This document shows positions 26,131 through 32,000 of a stretch of DNA of 32,000 nt, piece after piece. Made by a program: the position numbers and the translations under genes. The DNA is from Acaryochloris marina S15 (GTDB taxonomy: Bacteria; Cyanobacteriota; Cyanobacteriia; Thermosynechococcales; Thermosynechococcaceae). Where the stretch lies: assembly GCF_018336915.1 (NCBI RefSeq), contig NZ_CP064923.1, positions 3,480,001 through 3,512,000 of the forward strand, given 5' to 3'. The notes beneath the pieces were generated by a model that was given only the letters and a program-made list of their open reading frames with translations, had not been told where the DNA came from and ran no database searches. Position 1 is the first letter of the stretch. Each line of letters starts with the position of its first letter.

Positions 26131-27360
26131 TTAGGTCAGGTGGCGAAAGACCATTTTTTGAAGATCCGCTTGGGTAAACGGTTTGGTTAAATAGTCCGTG
26201 GCCCCAGCAACTTTGGCTTTGGCCCGGTCAATTAACCCTGTGTTTCCTGTTACCATCACCACCGGAATTTTCTTGAATTGAGAATTCTTGCGGATCAGGC
26301 GACAAAGCTCGTAACCATCCACCCAAGGCATGCCGACATCTAACAAAATCAAATCCGGCTTAGCCCGCATAATTTGGATTAAGGCTTTCACTGGATCGCT
26401 GATCATCACAACAGAAACGTTTTGATCTTGCAGATATCGATTAATGGTATTGAGAATGGCGGGGCTATCATCCACACAGGCAATGGTGTAGCTCTTCTGG
26501 CCAATCTCGCTGGTGCCAATATTTCCTAATGCAGCATCACTATTGGACTGTGCGCCACTAGACTGAGGGGCATTGCCAACCGCCCCGATGGCCAATCGAG
26601 GTAACTGATTAAAGGGGGGTTGTGGATCTTGCAATAAGATTACTTTGTCCACAATCAAAGAGTTGAGGTTTTGGGCCAGTTGGAGTTCATCGAGGTTGAG
26701 TAGCACCCCAAGGTGGCGAAAGCTAAATCCTCGCAGAATTTTCTGTAACTGTTGAACTTTACTCGGAGATAATTTTGCTGCTCCAGGACTCTGCTCTGAA
26801 AAATAGAGCCGCTGATGGGGGGACCAAACCATTGGCCCTAAAGCTTGCCAGGCATTCAAACGTTTCTGACATTTTTGCAGTAAGGGGGGGATGGTCTGCT
26901 TGGTATAAACAGGAAGGTGAGCCGACTTAGGTAAAAACTTATAGGTTCCTTCAGAGACCAACAAATAGGACTCTAGAATCTCGACGACAATGCCTTCTAC
27001 CAAGGTTGCAGCTTCGGCAGGCTTTAGCTGGTTGGTTCTTACTAACCAAGAAATGGCTTGATAATCAGGGCAAATCTGCTCGGAGGAGTCGCCGTTAAAG
27101 TTGATTCTGACTTGAGTCCGTACTTCGCTGTTGAGGGAAGGAACCTGACGACTGAGCCGTCGCAAATGGTTATCTAACAGGTCCAGGGGGTCAGCCGAGT
27201 AGGTCGCATAAACTAACTGGCTTTCTTCAAGATAAAAAAACCAATTGATAGCGCCGTTAGAAACGACTAAGCAACCATCTTTTTTGGCATTAGCATGCTG
27301 GCTGAGCAAGTCTGCTACGTTCAACTTGTTTGAGATTTTGCCACTCATAGTTGCTGCCAT
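26131..27360 (-). CDS. pilG: PatA-type response regulator (N-terminal PATAN domain plus C-terminal receiver)
   Basis: The N-terminal DGCLVVSNGAINWFFYLEESQLVYATY pattern is typical of PATAN domains. The C-terminal REC reads IACVDDSPAIL..DLILLDVGMPWVDGYEL..TKPF. It is the first gene of the operon, as in pixG/pilG/hmpA. Confidence 0.88.
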   Translation of the reverse strand: MAATMSGKISNKLNVADLLSQHANAKKDGCLVVSNGAINWFFYLEESQLVYATYSADPLDLLDNHLRRLSRQVPSLNSEVRTQVRINFNGDSSEQICPDYQAISWLVRTNQLKPAEAATLVEGIVVEILESYLLVSEGTYKFLPKSAHLPVYTKQTIPPLLQKCQKRLNAWQALGPMVWSPHQRLYFSEQSPGAAKLSPSKVQQLQKILRGFSFRHLGVLLNLDELQLAQNLNSLIVDKVILLQDPQPPFNQLPRLAIGAVGNAPQSSGAQSNSDAALGNIGTSEIGQKSYTIACVDDSPAILNTINRYLQDQNVSVVMISDPVKALIQIMRAKPDLILLDVGMPWVDGYELCRLIRKNSQFKKIPVVMVTGNTGLIDRAKAKVAGATDYLTKPFTQADLQKMVFRHLT

Positions 27361-27834
27361 GGGTATTGTTCTTCCTTCTCAACACACAACGATTTGGTGA
27401 ACTCTGCATTTATGACACAGAGGAAAATAGGTAGTCAGTGGGAGTCATTCAGTTGAGAGAATACTTAGAAAAGTGTAGAAATCTACGTTAACGAAAATAT
27501 GGATATGACACATTAAGTAATAATCGGTTATTTCTGTTCATGGTTGAAGATGTCTCAACCTGAATGTTCAGAAAGTCCTTATTTCAGAGCAAGTAGAGAA
27601 TCTATAGTACTCTTCTGTTGGCTCTCTATGGGTCACATTATCTGTAACTGTTTCTATCCTTTGTCTGACTTCAGGTCATCCCTGCTATATGCTCTACAAA
27701 CTGTATTTTTCCACTTAGGTTAACGGTCTTACTAAAGATCGTTACTCTTTATAGTTCCCCGTATGGGTCTTAACGGATCACCGTGAAATCAACTAGAAAT
27801 ATTTTTTTGTGATTGCAAAGTATAGGCTAATTCA

Positions 27835-27866
27835 AAAGACCCATGACAATTTTGCCATGGGTCTTT
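27835..27866 (-). terminator. Putative terminator hairpin downstream of comFB
   Basis: An 11-bp stem aaagacccatg/catgggtcttt with a 10-nt loop, about 135 nt after the stop at 28001. On the minus strand the stem runs into UUUUG. Confidence 0.45.
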
Positions 27867-28000
27867 GCAAGAATTGCTTTCCTGCTTTTTATCTCTTGCG
27901 TAGGGTAATCCGACGATTGGGCTGAGCCATAAAAACTGACCCAACTGTCGTCCGACTTAACAGTGACCACAATTCAAGCGGATAGAGAGGCTAAACAGAC

Positions 28001-28393
28001 TTAACCGTCCAACTCTAGATCCGTCATGGAGTCAGCCAATTCCTCTAGGGCCATCCTGGCAATATGCATTTCTGCTTCGACTTCCTCTTGAGGAAGAAGG
28101 GGAGTCGTCACCCGCGTGGGCTGCTGAGCAACCACTTTTAAGGATTGATGGACGGCAGCCCGTAGGCGTTGCCCAAATTGTTGTTGCCCTCGCTGCTTTT
28201 GCCGATAGACCCCTTCTTGACTAGAAGCATAAAGGGGTGGCAATCGATTGAGGGCATAGGATACGACGTCAATGCGGTTTAAAGCTTTGGCGGTTTCAGG
28301 TTTAAAGTTGCGGGTTTGCCGGTCGATTTCTTCTTCGACCAGCTCTTCCATCACGTTCTTATAGACCTGAGCTTTGTAAAATGCTTTTAACAT
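28001..28393 (-). CDS. comFB: ComFB-family protein (late competence development protein ComFB domain; cyclic-dinucleotide receptor family)
   Basis: NVMEELVEEEIDRQ and DVVSYALNRLPPLYASSQEG are the characteristic ComFB-domain motifs. The protein is 130 aa. Confidence 0.8.
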   Translation of the reverse strand: MLKAFYKAQVYKNVMEELVEEEIDRQTRNFKPETAKALNRIDVVSYALNRLPPLYASSQEGVYRQKQRGQQQFGQRLRAAVHQSLKVVAQQPTRVTTPLLPQEEVEAEMHIARMALEELADSMTDLELDG

Positions 28394-29117
28394 GTGTTTA
28401 GCTAGTGTCCCTGCCTCATAAAACTAGTGTTCCCCATATTTTTTCAAATTTAGTATGGGACAGCCTCCGAATATTCTCGGTTAATCATGACTTTGCCCAG
28501 AGGCACATGCTTCTATATTGATCGGCTACTAATTTAGTTTTATACGTATTTTCCCCTAAAAGTATAAATTTAATCTAAGAAAGTTCATGCTCTGCCTACA
28601 TTTCCTTAACCCAAGAATAGATTCATACTTATAAATACGGTTGAAATATTGAGATTAAAAGATTCATGTCGCCAGGTCTCTGCAGTGGCCGAGAAAGATT
28701 TGCTCGCGAAAGAATATGCCGTCTGCATCAATTGCTTAGCAGAATTTAGCTCATTAATGAACTGCATGTTCTTATGCAGTTGCTACATCAACTATTTATT
28801 TAGGGGGCTCTCTCAATTGATGGAACGGATAACGGTGGGGCTTAGTCCTTCTCTGCTCTAAAAACTTGAAGATCTACTGGCTGTTCCGATCTTAGGTATT
28901 GACTCAATATAGGTATGGCTAAATCACTAATTGGTCATTCCTATATTGTCAATATTTGATGATCAAGGCTGACATAGATAACTTTTTCTGGTGTATTGGT
29001 TCTCGAGAATAAAGCGGAAGGAGACAGGCTCCTCCCAGGTTTACTCGTTGATTTCTTTCTCGTCATCGGTAGAAATGATGTCAGAATAAAGACCAACCTC
29101 ATCTGTTTAGCGAAATC

Positions 29118-29708
29118 ATGAGCCAAATTCATTCCCATAGTGGCACTGGCATTCCCTTGACTGGCAACGATATTGATACGGATCGGATTATTCCTGCCCG
29201 GTTTTTGCGATGCGTGACCTTTGACAGTCTGGGACAACAGGTCTTTGCGGATGATCGCCAGCAAACGGGTGGACAGCATCCATTTGATTTACCACAATTC
29301 CAAGGGGCCAGCGTATTAGTCGTTAATGGCAACTTTGGTTGCGGTTCATCCAGGGAACATGCCCCCCAAGCGATTGCAAAATGGGGGATTAAGGCGATTG
29401 TCGGGGAAAGTTTTGCCGAAATCTTCTTTGGAAATTGTGTGGCGATTGGCATTCCTTGCGTTACGGCTGCTGCCGATGTGGTGCAACAACTACAATCCCA
29501 TCTGACTCAGCATCCCGAAACGATGGTGCAGATTGACCTAGACCCACTGACTCTGACCTGGGGGGATGTCTCCCATGCCATTAGTATGGGCGAAGGCCCT
29601 CGGCAAATGATGCTATCTGGCACCTGGGATGCCTGTGGGCAATTGTTAGGCCAGGTCAAAAAGATCGAGAAAACAACAGAACGGTTACCTTATTTAGCCT
29701 GGAGTTGA
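29118..29708 (+). CDS. leuD: 3-isopropylmalate dehydratase small subunit
   Basis: GNDIDTDRIIPARFL and NFGCGSSREHAPQAI are LeuD/aconitase-swivel motifs. The protein is 196 aa. Confidence 0.92.
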   Translation: MSQIHSHSGTGIPLTGNDIDTDRIIPARFLRCVTFDSLGQQVFADDRQQTGGQHPFDLPQFQGASVLVVNGNFGCGSSREHAPQAIAKWGIKAIVGESFAEIFFGNCVAIGIPCVTAAADVVQQLQSHLTQHPETMVQIDLDPLTLTWGDVSHAISMGEGPRQMMLSGTWDACGQLLGQVKKIEKTTERLPYLAWS

Positions 29709-30115
29709 GGCTGCGATCGCAGAACGGTCTCCAGCGTTTGCCAGTCTTTGGTGTGAATAATCCAAGGAGACAGTCTCACTTTTTTTAGGGCGTCTCCTTG
29801 TTGAACATACAATTGCCGCCCCTGGAGCTGTAGATCACTCAAGGTGCTGATGGAATAGGATCTGACCTTTTTTCCCAACATGTTATACAAAGCAACTTGG
29901 TCATGATGGATCGTAGCCATGGGTTTGGTGAAATAGCCAAAGCTAATATAGCCAATTAGGCATCCCAAGATCAGAGGGAAGTAAAACTTGCCTAAGAGCA
30001 AGAGCCAAACTCCCAAACCGATATTAAGCCCGCCCAATAACATAAAGACAATGGCGACCTCTCTTTTATAGCGGAGAAGGTAGGGGAGTTGAGGAAGGGA
30101 AGGATCTGTACTCAT
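29690..30115 (-). CDS. Small membrane protein (two TM helices plus a PH-like soluble tail), function unknown
   Basis: Two hydrophobic segments are present (VAIVFMLLGGLNIGLGVWLLLLG and PLILGCLIGYISFGYF). The 3' end overlaps the leuD 3' end by 19 nt in convergent orientation. Confidence 0.55.
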   Translation of the reverse strand: MSTDPSLPQLPYLLRYKREVAIVFMLLGGLNIGLGVWLLLLGKFYFPLILGCLIGYISFGYFTKPMATIHHDQVALYNMLGKKVRSYSISTLSDLQLQGRQLYVQQGDALKKVRLSPWIIHTKDWQTLETVLRSQPQLQAK

Positions 30116-30208
30116 GTCTTGAGGTTAATGAAATAGCTCACCTCTATGATTACCACATCAAGATTTTCCCTGTCGTGGGGATTTCAAGCACAATAATAAG
30201 GTCTCGGC

Positions 30209-31174
30209 TTAATATGACTTGGCGGTAGGACGAGGCTGTAGACAGGCTTTGCAAATCGCTTCAATATGTCGATGGTCGGTCCCGCAACATCCCCCTAAGA
30301 CATTCAGGTTAGGTAAGGCATCACTTAAATTTAAATATTGCTGACCCAGTTCCTGGGGGTTACCATCATCGAGTTCTACCGCTTCATCCAATTCGGCATG
30401 GCTTTTGGTGGATGCATTGGCCCGAAGTCCATGAATGCGGGTCAGCCAAGGTTCGTTGGTTGCAAATATATGATCGAAATGGGATGGATGAGCACAGTTG
30501 ATCATGTAATAAATAGGTCCATTGCCCGTGGCGGCATCGACTTGTGCGATCGCATCTTTCAATACTTGCCCCGTCGGTAATTTGCCGTCAGTTTCCACGG
30601 TGAAGGAGATAACCACAGGCATACCGACTAAGTGGGCTGCTCTCGTAATGCCAATGGCTTCTTCGGCATAGGTCATGGTGACGGCACTGACCATATCGGC
30701 TTCGGCATCCCGAAAGGCTTCAATTTGAGGGAGATGGTATACCTGAGCTTCGGCTGGAGTCATGGCGGTATCGACCTGATACCCGTCTCCCCGAGGGCCG
30801 ATACAGCCACTAATCACCATGCGGCTGGTTTCGGTTTCGTATTGTTGGCGAATGGTATGCAGAAGTGCGATCGCATTCCGATTCATGGCGGCTAACTCGG
30901 CTGCATCATACCCAAGCTTGGTGCCCCAGTCTGGATTGGCTCTCCACGTTGCACTTTCTAGAATCAGGCCCACTTCATAGGTCTGAGCGAGCTGAGCATA
31001 GGTTTGAAAGTACTCGTAGAGAGCTTGATACCCTGGATTATCTTTTAATAAATCGAAGGCAGCAAAATTAGGTAAATCGATGCCTTGATGAAAGATTAGG
31101 GTGGTTTCTAGCCCCCCGTCCGTCAAAAAAACGTCGCTCGATAATTGGGGTAAATTTTGTCGATATTGAGGCAT
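30209..31174 (-). CDS. mmuM: Homocysteine S-methyltransferase family protein
   Basis: The N-terminal FLTDGGLETTLIF and the zinc-ligand motif GGCCGT near the C-terminus are present. The ATG at 31174 has GGGGAG 6 nt upstream. The track start at 31249 adds 25 unsupported residues. Confidence 0.85.
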   Translation of the reverse strand: MPQYRQNLPQLSSDVFLTDGGLETTLIFHQGIDLPNFAAFDLLKDNPGYQALYEYFQTYAQLAQTYEVGLILESATWRANPDWGTKLGYDAAELAAMNRNAIALLHTIRQQYETETSRMVISGCIGPRGDGYQVDTAMTPAEAQVYHLPQIEAFRDAEADMVSAVTMTYAEEAIGITRAAHLVGMPVVISFTVETDGKLPTGQVLKDAIAQVDAATGNGPIYYMINCAHPSHFDHIFATNEPWLTRIHGLRANASTKSHAELDEAVELDDGNPQELGQQYLNLSDALPNLNVLGGCCGTDHRHIEAICKACLQPRPTAKSY

Positions 31175-31659
31175 GGGCTGCTCCCCTGTCAGATGCATAT
31201 ACCTTTCAGGGTGTGGGATTTCAACAGACGGAACAATGATCACTATCACCCCAGTTCAACACCCCAATCACAGCCCCTACCGCTCATTTCACTGCCATTT
31301 ATTTTGCCGCCGTCGCATGGATTGGGTGATCTGTTTCCAACGAGCTTTGGTGTTGATCTGCGCTTTTTGATCTTGCTGGCGGTACAGATAGGCTTCTTCT
31401 TTGCGGATTAATCGTTTTGAATAAAAGTGACCATGCAGTGCAGGCTTTTGTCAGGATGTGCGAACGATGCAATTTCAGGCTGGGCAGGGGAAGCGGAGTC
31501 AGTGAATTCTATGCAAGCCGACCTATTCAGCAACATCCATCAGCAGAGCGTTAGCCTCAAGAAAGAGTTGCACTACTTCCTTCATAGTTTGTAGCAATGG
31601 TGATGGACTCTAGAGGGTAGCACGTTATTCTAAATGGGAGATCTAACTTGCATACTCTA

Positions 31660-32000
31660 ATGGTTGCCTCCCCAGAACAAGTCCATCTCTCCCCAGAACA
31701 ATATCTTTCCCATGAGGAAGCCAGTCCCATCAAGCATGAATACCGGGATGGGGAAGTCTATGCAATGGCAGGTGCATCAGATGCCCATGTCACCATTGCA
31801 GGCAATCTATTTGCAATCTTACGCAATCACATCAGAGGGTCTGGATGCCGAGTCTATATCTCGGATATGAAAGCACGTGTCAACCCGAACAATCGTTTTT
31901 TCTATCCTGATGTCATGGTGACCTGTGATGATCGCGATCAGGCAACAGCAACCTACAAACAATTTCCCTCCTTGATTGTGGAAGTCCTTTCGGCCTCCAC
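31660..32000 (+). CDS. Uma2-family (DUF820) putative endonuclease, 5' partial (runs off the window)
   Basis: My own translation from the ATG at 31660 is MVASPEQVHLSPEQYLSHEEASPIKHEYRDGEVYAMAGASDAHVTIAGNLFAILRNHIRGSGCRVYISDMKARV..FYPDVMVTCDD..PSLIVEVLSAS. This carries the Uma2 motifs (EY..GE, YPDV, VEVLS). It is not in the ORF track because no stop lies within the window. Confidence 0.8.
   Translation, partial: MVASPEQVHLSPEQYLSHEEASPIKHEYRDGEVYAMAGASDAHVTIAGNLFAILRNHIRGSGCRVYISDMKARVNPNNRFFYPDVMVTCDDRDQATATYKQFPSLIVEVLSAS

Noticed and set aside
28649-28861. 70-aa ORF in the comFB-leuD spacer
   Set aside because: It has no recognisable RBS, an odd Cys/Leu-rich composition and no family resemblance. 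It is treated as non-coding unless transcript or conservation data say otherwise.
31289-31449. Minus-strand open frame ..HGHFYSKRLIRKEEAYLYRQQDQKAQINTKARWKQITQSMRRRQNKWQ-stop between the methyltransferase and Uma2 genes; also plus-strand ORFs 31157-31411 and 31173-31370
   Set aside because: The minus frame has no ATG, GTG or TTG start after the preceding stop and no recognisable family. It could be a gene remnant, but that is unsupported. The plus-strand ORFs overlap the methyltransferase 5' end and have implausible sequences.
31664-31870. TTG-initiated 68-aa ORF listed in the track
   Set aside because: It is an off-frame reading of the Uma2-family gene. The frame starting at ATG 31660 gives clear Uma2 motifs and stays open to the window end.

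Overview
The window reads as a cyanobacterial chromosome segment. By my count there are 11 HIP1 octamers (GCGATCGC) in 32 kb, against fewer than one expected by chance. Most genes are on the minus strand, and most of the window is ordinary core genome.

Gene content, left to right:
- A small polysaccharide-modification pair: a hexapeptide acetyltransferase and a GT2 glycosyltransferase.
- The rimP-nusA-infB translation/transcription operon. Here infB is split into two reading frames at a C6 run and carries a near-perfect 21-bp x7 tandem repeat. No ylxR-like ORF lies between nusA and infB.
- A pore-less membrane protein with a voltage-sensor-like S2-S4 signature.
- A CxxC thioredoxin-fold protein, smpB, and an RPE65-family carotenoid oxygenase.
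- A roughly 1115-aa secreted lamin-tail-domain protein, more than half of which is Pro/Glu/Thr low-complexity spacer.
- A ThrC-family PLP enzyme, immediately followed by a CysO/MoaD-type Gly-Gly sulfur-carrier protein and a small unknown protein.
- A complete Tax/Hmp-type chemosensory operon that controls type IV pili: PatA-type RR, CheY, CheW, MCP, hybrid CheA, and a second CheW.
- A ComFB-family gene (cyclic-dinucleotide receptor family) just upstream of that operon.
- leuD, a small membrane protein, a homocysteine S-methyltransferase, and a partial Uma2-family endonuclease gene.

The best candidate for an under-described system is the ThrC-like plus CysO-like pair. It may be a protein-thiocarboxylate-dependent sulfur-insertion module, possibly making homocysteine from O-phosphohomoserine.

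Secondary leads are the frame-disrupted infB, an attenuator-like twin hairpin in front of rimP, the voltage-sensor-only membrane protein, the giant PEPT-spacer LTD protein, and the ComFB/chemosensory adjacency. I saw no CRISPR array, rRNA, tRNA or obvious mobile element.
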